A DNA stretch of 64,000 nt from Octopus sinensis (GCF_006345805.1 NC_042997.1:69874001-69938000); one strand, 5' to 3'; positions 25,631-40,347 are shown, counted from the first letter of the stretch. Made by a program: numbers and translations. Notes: generated by a model from the letters alone, not told the origin.

Positions 25631-25899
25631 TGTCATTATTATTATTATTATTACTTCAAACTATGGTACGAGGCCAACAATTTTAGGGGAGGAGATTAGT
25701 CTATTGCTGCAATCCCAGTATTTAATGAATATATTATTTTATCGACACCGAAAACATGAAAGTCCCAGTTGACCTCGATGAAGTTTCAACTTAGGGCATA
25801 ATAATGATGATAATAAAATAACAATAATGTCAAAAATAATTTAAAATATCTGAGTTAGGGCGGTACAATACATTGTACTATGGGGTTATAGAAACGCAT

Positions 25900-28360
25900 G
25901 TAAAGATTAAGATAACAAAATCAAACAAACAAACAATGCAAACAAGAAATAATTCCTCGAAATAATTTCCGGAAGATGTGCACATCCCATAGAACCATGG
26001 TTAAAATGATCACCAAGATAAGTGGCTTTTCGCTCTCTTTCTCCACTAATCTATAAACACTTTCTCGGCGTAGGCTCGCTCACTCTGAACACTCTTGTCA
26101 TGCCTCATGTACCTTTTAACAAATTTGCTGGAAGGCAGCACTTCATCTCTCCACTGTCACTTTCATTTTCAATTGAAACTTGAAAAACTGATTAGGGCCA
26201 GGCGAAAGAGGACAGTATTTGTCTTTCTACCTGGTCCACCACAGAACCTCTTTCGCTAAGGCCAACTGACAGAAAAACACTGCCTGTCATTGCTGATAAA
26301 AAAAAACAAAAAAAAAAAACGGCTGCGGGGCAATCTTTCCAGTTGACTCAGCTCTTTCTGCCTCTATGTGTTCGACATACCGAAAGTCAGTAATGCTTTC
26401 GTCCTCCTTTACGAATCTTAGGTAGGCTTGGCAGACAGCACTCCAATGCTTGTAGAATTTATCTGGAACCGGCATTTCTTCTCCTATCCCAGTGGCAGTG
26501 CCAAGCTAGAGATTTCTGGGAATTATTGCCAGGTACCGGCCTGAATTACCCCCAGAATAGACGCGCCAGTTGATTCTTGTCGAAACCCAGAATCTCCGGA
26601 GTAAGCCGTCGCTCTTATCCGCCACTAACTTTGTATTTTCCGTTGAAGAGTTGGTCGTAGCCAATCTCGCCGCGAGCACGTCATTTGCGATGCCCTTCCA
26701 AAGCGTCTCCTTTAAGTTTCTAACTAGGTCTACCGCTATTTTATTTTCCTCTCTCATTGCAACCTTATCGATTCTATTTTAATCACTTTTATTAGGGCGA
26801 TCCTTCATTTTTGTTTGATGGTTGCTCCAGTCAACAACTGTTTGACAATTTCACTTGTCTGGCCAACGTAAGCTTGGCGCACCGAGAGCGACGCATTTAG
26901 CTTCAAGCAGTCAAGTCCTTTATACGAAGCCTGTGTAGGTCGGCTATACACAACACAAATTTGTAGTCTGTGTAGTCAATGATTGTAACATGTGGTCAAA
27001 CTATGCAACACTTATACACTGGCCCACAAAATACTCTGTCTCGATACAATCAAGATGACCCAATTTGATTTGTTAGTATCCACACTGACATATACGGGAA
27101 TCGTAGTTACTATCTGTCAGACAGTTGAAAACCTCTGAACATGTTTCGCATTGCTTTTGCACACACCCCTATAAGCTGGCCCTACTTCATACAAACGTGC
27201 ACCCAAGATGCTGTTCCAGTCGCCCACTAACGCTAAAAAGTGGGACGTTCCCAGGAAAATGTGAAGAAATCCAATTGTCCCGTCTCTATTAGAGCATAAA
27301 CCGCTATTATTCGAATGGTGCCCCTTCACTATTGTTCTTGACCAGGACCACCAACTTCCCTTCTGAATCAACGAAGATTGCACATATCGTGAAACCCAGA
27401 TCATTCTAAATCAACACAGTAGTCTTACAATTTACAAGTCTTACAATTTTCATCCGTTTGGAGATAAGTATGTCACGTATTCATCAAAAATAAACGTGTA
27501 TCACAAAACTCTGATTTCGCTGATAGCCATCACTTTTATAATTAGTGATTTGATGTAGCCTTGCTTCCAGGTGACCCAAGACGACGTGTATTTATACCGA
27601 CTATTTTAAATAAGGCGATGTTCGCCAGAAAGAACAACGTGAGAAAAGATCTCTTAATTCCTTCTCATGGAAGAACACGGGTTTCCCTCCGTTTGGTTGT
27701 GGATGTTTCCATAATCAGCTCCTTATATAATCTTTTATTGATATTCCTTCTAATGTCTCCTACTCCGCCTGAGTATTTGTTTTTTATGGCGATGTATATA
27801 GCCTGAGTTATTTGTTTCATTTTATGCCTGTTAGTATCTTATTTGTTGTTGCGATGAAATCATTCTGTGGGTTGATGTAAGTATTTCATTAACTCTATAC
27901 TGTTTGTACTTATGGCGGTGTAATTTATTTTTCCAGGCAGTTGTCCTTGGTTTGGGTGTATAATGTGCTTTGCGGCAGTCTGTGATGGTCGTCCCAGTGG
28001 TGGTGATGATTGTGATAGTTATGGTGGTGATAGCGTTAGTAGTATTAGAATTATTGTTATCGAAGATGGTATTTGTGTGTCGTTGTTGGGAAGTGTTTAT
28101 TCTGTCCATTTGCACCACCCAGACGTGATTTTTTGTTCGTTTTTTATTGCCATTTGCTTTCTTCTTGTCTTACTGGACACGAGTGGGGAGGGGCAGGTCA
28201 AATGGGTCACTGTCTTTTTGTTTTGTGGATATTATTGGTACATTCACTTGCTACTATTGGTGATTCTTGAGGATGGTTTTTCTTTTCCTGCTTTTATCGT
28301 TGTTTTTTTTTCCACTTTTGGCGTTGTTGCTGCTCTTGTTGTTAGGGCTACTTCAATGTA
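25900..28360 (-). mobile_element. Degraded Tx1/L1-like LINE with internal deletions
   Basis: APE-like start (IVGINTRRLGSPG...AISE), ALVGDWNSIL motif, and C-terminal PVPDKFYKH...LALAKEVLWWTR region. Many stops. Confidence 0.65.
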
Positions 28361-29041
28361 GTTGGTGCTGCAATTGCATACAGTTCTTGCTTATACTTGT
28401 TGTGGTTGTTGTTGGTGATGCAGTTGACAGTAATTGTTTTCTGTTGTTGTTGTTGTTATTGTTGGGGAAGAAATCATTGAGGTTGTTACTGGTTCTACAT
28501 TTGTAGTAACAAGGCTCTCTACTACCACCTTCAGTTATTACCTTTCAGGAATTTCCATTACGTTATGGGTTTGGTCTAGCGTCTCGGATTTCATCGGAAC
28601 CTAATTCTAAAATCTATCCCATCCCAACCAAATTAGAGGTAGAAATAACTATCTAAATATATAGAAAATACATGTAAAATTTCAACATCTAAATATATTT
28701 TAAAATGTGTTCCGCAGAGCACATCTTAATTTATCTAAATATGGAGCAAAACTATCTAAAGTGCCAAAGAAAATATTCAAAGTGAATAAAAGATATTTCA
28801 GATAAAGATAAGTAAATGCTAAATATGGAGTGGATGGGAAAAAGCCAAGATATTCCATAAAAAAATAAAGAAAGACCAATGCATAAAATACCAATACCTT
28901 CATAGATTGGAGACGTTTTCTCGCGACACCTCTGTACATGTGTACAGATATCAAAATACATTCGTTCAAAGATATTTAAAAAAAGTTTTCGTCCGCAACT
29001 TCAAACTTCGCGATCATAAAAATAAAAGTCTCATGCGGATA

Positions 29042-29969
29042 TAATGGGTCATCCCATAAATAATGCAGTCTTTTCAATTGTATCTAGTAAATGAGGGAGA
29101 AAGACGGGATAAACTACTTGCATCAACTTGCTATAAAAGGCAGGTAGTAATTTTACCTTGTATTTATTCTTAGTGCAAGTTTTGAAAAGTGCAGTTTGAT
29201 TTCAACAGTTATTTTTTCAAAGCTATAATGGAAGTGACAAAGAAGCATATTCTACATATTTTGTTTTATGAGTTCTATAAAAGCAACAACGCAACGGAAA
29301 GTGCGAGGAATATTAATGCAGTATATGGGGATCGGACAATAAGCATAAGCCAGTGTCAACGGTGGTTCCAGAATTTCGGAACCGGAAACTACAGCCTAGA
29401 AGACGAGCCCTCATCCTGGAAGATCTGTAGAGCTCGACGAGGACGTCGTGCAAACCCTGGTGGAACGAAATCCCATCGTAATTGTTGAGGAACTAGCAAA
29501 GAAACTTGGATTTGGTCATTCAATCATTCATCGACATCAGTGCTAGAAAAAAAACGACTACCTTTTGTTTCAAGACGAAAGGTGTTCTTCCATCAGGATA
29601 ATGCTCGGTCACATATAACGAGGATGACATTCCAAAGGCTGAAGCAGTTTGAATGGAAAACGATGCCCCACTCATCATATTCTCCGGAATTACCCCAACT
29701 GATTATCATTTATTCCGCATTCTTCAAAATCATTTGGACAGAAAAAATATGAATTCTGTAGACGAGGTCAGAACAGTACTGGAGGAGAACTGTCATCACG
29801 GACAAGTGAATTTTGGAAGAGGGGCCTTACAAGTCTAACAGATAGATGGAAGAGCATTGCAGAAAATGAAAGAGAGTTTATTTTAGATTAAAAAATAATT
29901 TTATTTATTTTGATTTTGAAAAATAAAATGAGCATAAAAAAACCGCATTATTTATGAGATGATTCAATA
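29042..29969 (+). mobile_element. Internally deleted mariner element with both TIRs
   Basis: ~28-bp imperfect TIRs (TAATGGGTCATCCCATAAATAATGCAGT / ACCGCATTATTTATGAGATGATTCAATA) with TA ends. HTH region (QRWFQNF...EDEP) joined to HQDNARSH...HSSYSPE..PTDYHLF. Confidence 0.93.
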
Positions 29970-30164
29970 TATATTTAAAACTCTGTATACAGAGAGTACG
30001 TTGTTTCGTATTTATGTCGCGTATCCTGTGCACAACATCCACTGTTTTCTCTGCCTCTTTCTTACAGACATTTTAATTTTCTATCTCTTGATGAGTCCAT
30101 ATTCAAACAAGATCAGAATGATCTCCATGTAACAGCAGCTGCTGTAACAACAGCAATAACAAAA

Positions 30165-30267
<103 letters not shown>

Positions 30268-30569
30268 TTACTACTACTACTACTACTACTACAGTAAAAT
30301 AAGAACAAAAGTAATAATAATAAAGAGTAGTCGGAACAATAACATGATTGAGACGCAAGATACTTCAATTGAGAAAACATTAATGCAACTAAACTCTAAG
30401 CGACGAAGCCGGCCCTTAGAAAACACGATGGATGGGCGACAGAACAAGAGAGTTGTTGTTGGACAAATGATGCTGGACTAGCAGTATGGTGTCGCGATGA
30501 TGGGTACGGAGATGTAGGTGATGTTGTTGATGGTGATGGCAAAGAGATGATGTTCTTAATGGCAATAGC

Positions 30570-30617
<48 letters not shown>

Positions 30618-30964
30618 TGAGAGAGTGAGAGAGTGAGAGAGAGAGAGAGTGACATTTTTGATGGTCGTTGTGGATTTGGTGTTGATAGTGGTTATGGTAA
30701 TAGTCTTGTCATTGAGTATATGACACATTGGTAATAGTCTGGTCGTTGTCATGGCGCTGGTGGTAGCGTAGATATTTCGATATACAGTACAGAACTAAAC
30801 AGGAAAACACAAACATACATGCTCGTGCGTGCACGCAAACACACACACACACTCTCTCTCTCTCTGTCTCTCTCTCTCTCACACACACACACTCACACAC
30901 ATACTAACCCATTCAAAAATAATTTTTTTAACAAATATCAACTTAATTATGACTGTGAGATAAC

Positions 30965-31600
30965 AGTTTATTCAAAGTAGCCGCCCTCAGCTTCCGACAC
31001 GGTCTCGAGGCTTGGTGCATGCGTTCCTCACTCTGTCTCTTAGAAGATCTTGACCTCCTTGACCTTGACCCCAGCTTGGCCTTCATGTTGCAAGCAGAGC
31101 GATTGGTGTCTTTCTCAAAAAGACCCACAAATAGTAATCTATGAGATTACAATCGGGGTAATTAGGACGCCAGAAATTGGAGCTGGTAAGGTTGTAGAAA
31201 TTTTCCGGCAATCCCTTTCTAGAAGTATGGCAAGGAGCCGAATCCTACTGTCACACATATGGCCTTCAGGCAACGACCCTCTCCGTCCAGGGATTGGCCA
31301 TAGTCTCCAGCAGTTTGGCATGTCCGTCTGAAATGAGCTTGAAACCCTGTTCAAAAATGAGGAGTGGCCTGACATCACCCCCCTGAAGGCACACCAAAAG
31401 ACCATCACAGTTCGGGAACCTTAGTTTTCATGATGTCCATGTCATATCTTACAGCTTTCACAATGTTCACAGAGCATTGAGTAGGAGTCACGATGTCAGC
31501 ATTTTGATAACTGGCGACCATCATCATGTTACAAGCAACTCATTCCCAATGTTCAGATGCCTTCAAGTCCTCAATATCATCTAACTTTTACACAACTACA
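30965..31600 (-). pseudogene. maT/DD37D-like transposase relic
   Basis: Frameshifted MKTKVP.TVMVF...RPYV*Q*DSAPCHTS...FWRPNYPDCNLIDYYL...EKDTNRSACN...LETVSEAEGGYFE*. Confidence 0.8.
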
Positions 31601-32039
31601 CCCTTGATTGCTCTCCAGCACCATTGACTGCTTACCAATATATCAAGCTGTTCCTCAAAAAGAGATCCAAAGAATTATCAAATTTAGCCCGAACATCCTG
31701 TGTCTACGGTGGTATGCTCTAAAGCTAGTGCTGGTAGTTTTCTGATGATGATGATGATGATGATGATGATAATGGTGGTGGTGGTGGTGGTGGTGGTGAT
31801 GGTGGTAATGCAGGAAATATATTTTACAACAATCCAGTTCTATAAATTGTAAAGTGTTGGATAAAATATCTCGACGTATTTGTTCCGACATCTTATGTTC
31901 TGAGTTCAGATTCTGCTGAGGTAGAGTTTCCTTTTCATTTTCTGGGGTCGATGAAATAATTATCAGTCAAGTATGTAAGTCAATAACATTGGCTATTTCC
32001 CACCTACAAATTTTAGGCCTTGTGCCAATGTTACAATCA

Positions 32040-32107
<68 letters not shown>

Positions 32108-32320
32108 AGCGGTGAGCTGATAGAATCGTTAGCACGCTGGTTCAAATGCTTAGCGGTATTCCATCCGTCGCTATGTTCTATGTTCAAATTCCGCCGAGGT
32201 CGACTTTGTCTTTCATCCTTTCAGGTCGAAAAATTAAATACCAGTGAAACACTAGGGTCGATGTGATCGACTTACCCCTTTTCCATAATTTCTGACCTCG
32301 TGCTTTTAGTAGAAAGAATT
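32108..32320 (+). mobile_element. SINE family A following a (TTA)n tract
   Basis: Full head and body match 39934-40100. Confidence 0.85.
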
Positions 32321-32769
32321 AGAGGAAATCACGCGTGACCTCGACTCCGTATTTTGTTTTCGAAAATCGTCAGTTTTCTCCGGAAAATAGCGGGGCTTTC
32401 CTGGAGAATAAGGAATCTTTTTGCTGGTGGGTTCCTTTTTTGTTAAAAGTCCCCCATTTTCTTGGCAGACTTATCCAATTAATTCCATTTCTTATTCCAC
32501 ATGGAAAAATTTAGGATTTTGCTCAATGGTAAGCAACAAATAGTTTCGAGGGGATTTCAGTCGTCGATGAGACAGGGGTTGAGACAGAGGGGAGTCTTGC
32601 TACAAAAATGAGAGAGGGTGACATTTCTTCGCCTGTTGGCGTGACTACTCGACAAGCAAGCAGGCAAAACAAGATGACCATCCCGATCGCAAACAACAAC
32701 TCCGACACAACCGCCATCATCACCTCTACCACTACCATTACGAACAACAACAACTGTAGCAGTAACAAT

Positions 32770-32800
<31 letters not shown>

Positions 32801-33254
32801 ACTGGAATAAGAACATTAAAGCTTTGACGGGAGAGAGAAATAAGCAGTACAGCTACGATATAAATGATTCTCCCCGTTAGCTAGCAACTTGGCTACTTCG
32901 GTCAACGATAGATAGGAACATCACCGGAAACAATAGCATCGCTTTGGCACCGACTAACACCAACAACGACAGGAATAACATCAGCAGCAAAAGCGATAAA
33001 ATCAACACCAACAATAACAGTAACGATAAAACCAACTCCTTTGCACAAGCAACAAAATTTCAGGAACAAATCTCCCTAGAAGGAAAACATGCTTAACTAA
33101 GTGAAGAAGTAAAACTCCTCGATAGAGGGGATAGGAAAACCAAGCTTGCTATTCTTCAGATTTGATGGAGAAGACGACTAGAAGGACCATCGTATACTGA
33201 TGTGAGTCGCTAAAGAAAATCTTAAATGTGCCACACATCTAAGTAGAAAAATGC

Positions 33255-34034
33255 TTGCTGGGCATTTGGACTGATATTGATTTCCTCACACGAGGGAGAC
33301 AATATGGTTCTGTGGAAGTGAGGTTCCTCATAGAGGCACTGCCCCCAAAACACTCAACGGTCCAATGCACACACAAGGGTTTTCTTCTCCTTCCCATGTA
33401 CCTTGAACGGCGTGTGGTGAAATTTAAAAAATCAGATGTGCCCCGAGGATTAGACATTTGGTGGTTGGTTGCGTGCGCTGTGGTCGAAGTCCCGGGTTCG
33501 CTTCTATATATTAAAAAATATCGGAAGGAGAACTGGTCCGGAATCGGGTTGGAAATTTTGATCCCGGTAAAACCGGTATCCCTGGACAAGGTCCCCGACC
33601 TTATCGAACTGCCCAACGGAGTACTATTCCAAGTCGTGGTGGAAGGTAGAAAGCCAAGATGCTACACTTGTGGGCCTAACGCCCATTTGAAGGTCGGCTG
33701 CCCACAAAATCAACACAATGGAGCTCGAGAAACGGTGGCTTTGCGACCCCCATCACCAGAAGAAGGCCGAAAGCTGCAACAACAATCAATGCATCAACAG
33801 CCATTAAAGCAACATTTTCAAAAGCAGAATCCCACCATCACCATCACCATCACCAAGGCACAAACAGCTGTAGCGGTGGAAACAAGCAACGCCCGACCAT
33901 CCCTACGGGCAGGCGACATATATACATCATATACTCCTGACACGGGTGATTCAGAGGCCTTATGCAACGAGGAGGAACTGAAGCTCTCAAGAAGGACCTG
34001 TGTTATGAAAAAGCCAAAAATTAGTTCCAAATAA
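33255..34034 (+). pseudogene. LINE ORF1-like (gag-type zinc knuckle) protein remnant, probably Tx1/L1-like
   Basis: CYTCGPNAHLKVGC = C-x2-C-x4-H-x4-C, preceded by VVVEGRKPR. Non-ATG start, upstream frame broken, no ORF2 follows. Confidence 0.7.
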
Positions 34035-34609
34035 GGCTGTCCTAAGCTGAAAATGAAAAGACAAGGCGAGGAAAATTCAGATAATCCATCAGTTACACTA
34101 ACAACACCGATACACCTACCCAAATCCCAACAACAAAAGCAATGCACTCTCATTTAATCATAGCCAAAACTACAGAAAGCACCAAATCGGAAACAAATAA
34201 ACGAAGAGAAACAACATGCACAAGAACAACCTATACAACTGACTACAGAACCCGAACGCGTCCTCAGCAAGAGCAACAGCAAGCTGATGCAGGAAGTAAT
34301 GGAAAACAAAAATATTCACACAAAAGGAGTAGGGTTCGATGAATTTCTGTCGAAAATTTCCTGTGATGGACAGCTGATTAAAACGGACACAAACACTTAT
34401 CTAGAACTTAAAAAAAAATACCCAAAAGACATTGGGCCTTTTAGGCTAAAACTGGATTAGAGGACTTTAGGAAAGCTCTTCATTAAGGTAAATGCCTTAG
34501 CCGAGGTAGATGAATCAGCCGACCCTCTCAAAATCCAAGGTAAGTGACCTTCTTCCATTTTGTTTCTCCGATAAACATGGTGGTTTTCAGAGTAGGGTGT
34601 GTGAATTAG

Positions 34610-34950
34610 TTCCAGGTTCAGTCTCACTGCGTAGCACGTTGGGCAAGTGTCTTCTACTAATAGCCTCGGCTCGACCAAAGCCTTGTGAGTGGATTTGGTA
34701 GACGGAAACTGAAAGAAGCCCGTCGTATATATATATTTGTGTATCTGTGTTTCTCCCCCCACCATCGCTTGACAACCGATGTTGGTGTATTTATGTGCCC
34801 GTAATTTAGCGGTTCGGCAAAAGAGACCGATAGAATAAGCACTAGGCTTACAAAGAATAAGTCGTGGGGTCAATTTGTTCGACTAAAGTTGGTGCTCCAG
34901 CATGGCCGCAGTCAAATGACTGAAACAAGGAAAAGAATAAAAGGATAAAA
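34610..34950 (+). mobile_element. SINE family B, well preserved
   Basis: B-box GGTTCAGTCTC, CORE-like TTGGGCAAGTGTCTT, and A-rich tail AAAAGAATAAAAG. Confidence 0.88.
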
Positions 34951-35026
34951 GATATATTCTCACTGTCTGTCCGCCTCTCACCTTATATCCTTACACACAC
35001 ACACATATATACAACATACACTTATG

Positions 35027-35084
<58 letters not shown>

Positions 35085-35442
35085 AGACAGAGAAAGAGAC
35101 AGACAGACTGAGAGAGAGAGAGAGGGGAGAGAAGGAGAGAGAGGAGAGAGAGGGGAGAAAAGGAGAGAGAGGGGAGAGAGAAAAGCGGAGTGGATTTTGA
35201 TTGATGTCTTTGTTATGTTTAATACTGTTGCTATTCATTGTTAAAAATGACTGCTCTTGATTTTAAATATGTGAGAAAACATTCTTGTTAACCTTGTTTT
35301 ACACACTGTGTCTGTCGTTCTCTTTCTCTCCCATGTGTATATATACATAAATGCATACGTAGTGTGGTAAGTTTAGATGTTTGTATTAGACGTACAACGA
35401 AAGGATAGACCGGGAGAGTCGAGGAGGAGAGTGAGAGAGAGA

Positions 35443-35502
<60 letters not shown>

Positions 35503-35553
35503 CGTCTTCTATGAGTTATACGTTCTTGTCCATGTTGTATTTTTCTACATACC

Positions 35554-35604
<51 letters not shown>

Positions 35605-36121
35605 TACAGAGAGAGAAAGAGAGAGAAGAATTTACTACAGTACAGGACTGGTATTTTATTTATAGACACCGAAAAGATGAAATGCACAGCTGAATTCAGC
35701 GAGATTTCATCACAAAACACACAGTCCCGAAGAATACTGCAAGGTATTCTCTTCAGCAGTCTAGTGATTCTGCCAAATGAACGCTTCATAAACAGATAGC
35801 CGGCACTCCGTCAGTTACGGCAACGAGTGATCGAGTTGATCCGAAGAACGAAATAGCCTGCTCATTAAATTAACGGGCAAGTAGATGAGTGCCCTACAAA
35901 CACCCATAATCTTTACATAGTTCTCAGAGTGTTACAAGACTGACTTTTTAAAACACTAGTACAACTCATTTTTGCCAGCAGAATGGACTGGAGCAACGTA
36001 AAAAAAAAAATGGGCTTTTCTCAAGGACACAAGGCACCGTTGAGAATTGAATACACTAAGCAGTAAGCCACGAATAAAAAGATTAACATAGCCATATATG
36101 CCGTTATATGTACGGACTGGC

Positions 36122-36168
<47 letters not shown>

Positions 36169-36216
36169 CACACACACACACACACATACACATACACAAA
36201 CATACATTAGTTATAA

Positions 36217-36648
36217 CAAATTAAAAAGGGTGGCTTATTAGCAATTAGAACCTGACGGCAAAATTAACTGTGGTCAGAAAAGTGACAGAGGGTACTGACT
36301 AAAATAACTCAAAAGCCCCAAAAGCACTGAACTTAATGACTGACAAAGGAAGGTAAGTCTCCAGCGTACATAGTCGCATAGCGATTTCGGATTTTGATGT
36401 AGACCCTCTTAATCCTCATAAGCGACACTAAACTACCTCTGCCAGGTCGTTTATAAGAAAAACCGTTCAAAACGTGCTGATTTTCAAAATGGTAAATGTG
36501 TAAACAAATTAAAAAGAACCTAAAGGCAAGATTAATAGAGGTCGGAAAAGTGACAAAGGGTACTGATTAGCACCCCTTTTGCTATAAATAAGAGTTAAAA
36601 TAACTCAAAAGCTACAAAAGCACTGAAATTAATGATTGATAAAAGGAG
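36217..36648. repeat. Diverged ~135-bp direct repeat pair
   Basis: GAAAAGTGACA..GGGTACTGA and TAAAATAACTCAAAAGC..CAAAAGCACTGAA at ~36217-36352 and ~36505-36648. Confidence 0.75.
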
Positions 36649-36939
36649 AGCTATTTTGAGTATACAGATACCTCATAAAATGGATGTTAACATCCTAGCT
36701 TCGCTGATTTAATCTTACCGCTTTTCGTTTATGATGTGATTTTTTATATGTGTCCAATACTGACCCTGAGCAAATATTTAACTCGATATTTCAAGAGGCA
36801 ATTTTTATTTTTTAATTTATTAATTTGTAATTGATTGAGTTAGGTATGGAAACAAATTGTAAGTTACAGATGATTTTGATAATATGTAAATAAATTGAAT
36901 TTTATCAGTTGAAGCTCTCCATTTTCTCCTTATAATATA

Positions 36940-37139
36940 TGCTGCACGCAAGTTTGTCAGTGAACAGATCGCGGTTTCAAAGCGACGAAAATATTTTGAT
37001 AAATTAAGTTTAAATGTTGAGGTGTTTCTAACGGCATTTGTGAGCTTTTAAAAGGCTTATGAACTTCCTCGCTGCAATTGTCTTTGTTTCTGCACACGAT
37101 CTTGGATCAAGTCACTTGCTATTTAAGTACATCTCCATA
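36940..37139 (+). mobile_element. MITE-like element, right part (same family as 19140-19345)
   Basis: Shared TGTCAGTGAACAG.TCGC..TTTCA...CGACGAAAATA core. Ends ATCAAGTCACTTGCTAT..AAGTACATCTCC. Confidence 0.65.
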
Positions 37140-39933
37140 ATATATATATAGTGTGTGTGTATGTGTGTATGTGTATGTATGTATATGTGTGTATGTATGT
37201 ATATATGTATGCATGTATGTGTGCATTTGCGCGTTAAAACATATGTCTATACAGATATACACGCATACATTTTCACGTCCATACATATATATATATATAT
37301 ATACATATATAGAATTATATACATGATTGCATGTATGAATACAGGTTTTTCACACACAACAAACATATAAGCGTGCGCGCACACACACAGATGCATACAC
37401 ATTAAAATATATACACATGTACATGCAAATACATACAAACTTACATACGTGTGTATGAGCTAATGAATGTATCGTATATATATATATATATATATATATA
37501 CTCATAAATATATATACTTACATAACAACGTATCAATGTGTGTTCATGTTGCCTCTCATTCACAAATTCCCGATTCAGGAGCTTTCTAATTACCCTCTGT
37601 CACTGCAATTAATAACGCCATCAGTCATCTACTTAAATTTGCCTTTCATCTCGGCTATCTGATTCATTTAAAAATTCTATTCACTTGTTGTTATTGTTGT
37701 TCTTGTTGTGTTCTTTGTGAAAATAGTTATATTTTCCCGTACTTTGAAATATCTTCATGTTGATTGATGGAGATGTGTTCTTAGTTTGCTTTCACTTTAA
37801 GGGTATAATCTAAGAGTCTGTGTTTATCTCCCTAGTGCGAGCGTGTGTGTGTGTGGTGTGTGTGTGCATGTGTGCTTGTGTGCGTGTATGCATGTATGTG
37901 GGGGAGGGAAGGGAAGAGGTAACAGTAGGTGGTGATGGGTGGTCATGTTAAAACACGACAGATAAAATGTGAAGCTGAAGAGAATGCCAATATATATATA
38001 TATAGATATATATGCATAAATATCATATATGTATATATAATATATATATATGTATGTGTGCATACACACACACACATATATATATATATATACTCACACA
38101 CAGATTCATATCATAGATAGATAGATAGATACATACATACATACATACATACATACATACATACATACATACATACATACATACATACATCTGATTGGTT
38201 GAATGTTTGTAATACGGAAAATTATTCCAACTCCACATTGCTGAATACATACACATCTAGATGAACATCATGAATACAATTGTGAAACTATTAAGAGAAC
38301 ACATCAATGGTCAAAATATTAACATGAAATATTTTACAGGAAAGCGATATAAATATATAAATAACTAAATATACGGGTACGTGTCAGATGTATATCTTTG
38401 TATCAGTATACGAATATGCCTGCGCATTATTATTCTCTATGTGTCTGTGTAATCTGTATGAGTGCTTGTGCGGCTGCGTGAGTCAGTGCGGATGAGGTAA
38501 AGGAAGAAAGAGAGGATGAAAGAAAGAACATGATATTTGGTATTAATTTGGATAATGAAGTTTATTACTCAAATACTTGTCCAAGATGGACGAACTGCTC
38601 TGTAACAATTCCCGGGGTTACTTTTTGTTTTTTGTTTTATGTATTACGCCTAAATGACGTCAGGTGTTGTTCTTTCAAAAATATATATCTGACAGCAAGG
38701 AAAAGTACAATAGTGTCGAGAATACGCAAGTTTGTGTATGCTCACGTGTGTGTGTGTGTTTATATACACACACACATACTCATACACCCACACATATATT
38801 CATATGTATATCTCTGTCAGTATCCATCTCTTTATTGATATTTATTCCCTCTCACACACAAATGTATGTGTATGTACATGTGCGTGTGTGTGTGTTTATG
38901 CGCGCGCGTGTGTGTATGTATCTGTGTGTGAGTGAGTGTGTGTGTGTGTATGTGTGTTTGTGTGTGTGTGTGTGTCTGTCTGTGTGTTTGCATGTGTATA
39001 CTCACATTACATCTGTTAGTTTAGCGTGTGTCTGTTAGTGTATCGAATGTCTATGGTTCCCCTGTGTAAATACGGAAGTGTCGCAAAAACATATTAGAAA
39101 ACAGATATCAAAGTCATTAATTATCACTGCTGTCAGGACAACTATCATACGGGTAGATTTACTTTAAACTCAGCATACGAAAATGTATATGTATTTAATA
39201 AGTGTGGGAGAAAGAATACTTAAGTTACAAATTCTTACGCACGGAATACTGATGCGGTTTCGATTCCAATTAGGAACAGTTTTAATTCCGCTGTGCAAGG
39301 CAAAACTATGATACTATATAATCTAATTTTTCATATCCTTTTATGTATTAATGCCTCAACCCTTAAGAAATAAAATAACGTTAATTTTAAACCATATAAT
39401 GCCTCCTTCAGATTCTATAAACTAACAGCTGCAATGGTTAGCCATTTGGATCAGATTATTCAAAACAGATATATTTCAAGTTTATTTAGGATTCGATTGA
39501 TAAATTGAACGGAAATCTGTTTGTCAAAATTTGATTGGATAATGACTTAATACGTATATTGAAACAAAGGGAAACGTGTAAATACAAAGAACAAATTAAT
39601 GAAAAGCTAATTTAAATTTTGAACTTATATTTATCCTTTTGATGACTCAGTGTATCTGTTACTGTCTTTGGTTGGTGCAATATCGTTTGCTTTAACATAT
39701 TTTTTCTTGATTTGTAACTCGTTTAATCTGATAATATTTAACTATTATTACCCCTCACTCGATTGACTCACAGCATTTTGATGCTCACAACACTAAATAT
39801 GTTAGCACCAATATGACTTACGAATATAATGAGTTAAGCTCTTTCTTATTGCATGCTAGGTTAAATATATTTGTAGAGTCCTGCTCAAAAATACCTGGAA
39901 ATTTTTATAGTATTTAATATTTTAGATTCATAA

Positions 39934-40329
39934 GGCGGCGAGCTGGCAGAATCGTTAGCACGCCGGGCGAAATGCTTAGCAGTATTTCGTCTATCGCTAC
40001 GCTCTGAGTTCAAATTCCGCCGAGGTCGACTTTGCCTTTCATCCTTTCGGGGTCGATTAAATAAGTACCAGTTACGCACTGGGGTCGATGTAATTGACTT
40101 AATCCGTTTGTCTGTCCTTGTTTGTCTCCTCTGTATGTAGCCCCTTGTGGGCAGTAAAGAAATAGGTATTTCGTCTGCCCATACGTTCTGAGTTCAAATT
40201 CCGCCGAGGTCAACTTTGCTGTTCATCCTTTCGGAGTCGATAAATTAAGTACCAGTTGCGTACTGGGGTCGATCCAATCTACTGGCCCCTCCCCCCAAAA
40301 TTTCGGGCCTTGTGCCTAGAGTAGAAAAG
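39934..40329 (+). mobile_element. SINE family A, young dimeric form
   Basis: The body repeats internally (GAGTTCAAATTCCGCCGAGGTC at ~40006 and ~40190). Flanked by an 18-bp TSD. Confidence 0.9.
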
Positions 40330-40347
40330 AATATTTTAGACACATAA

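Noticed and set aside
39934-40020. tRNA gene
   Set aside because: SINE head with no cloverleaf, continuing into the SINE body.
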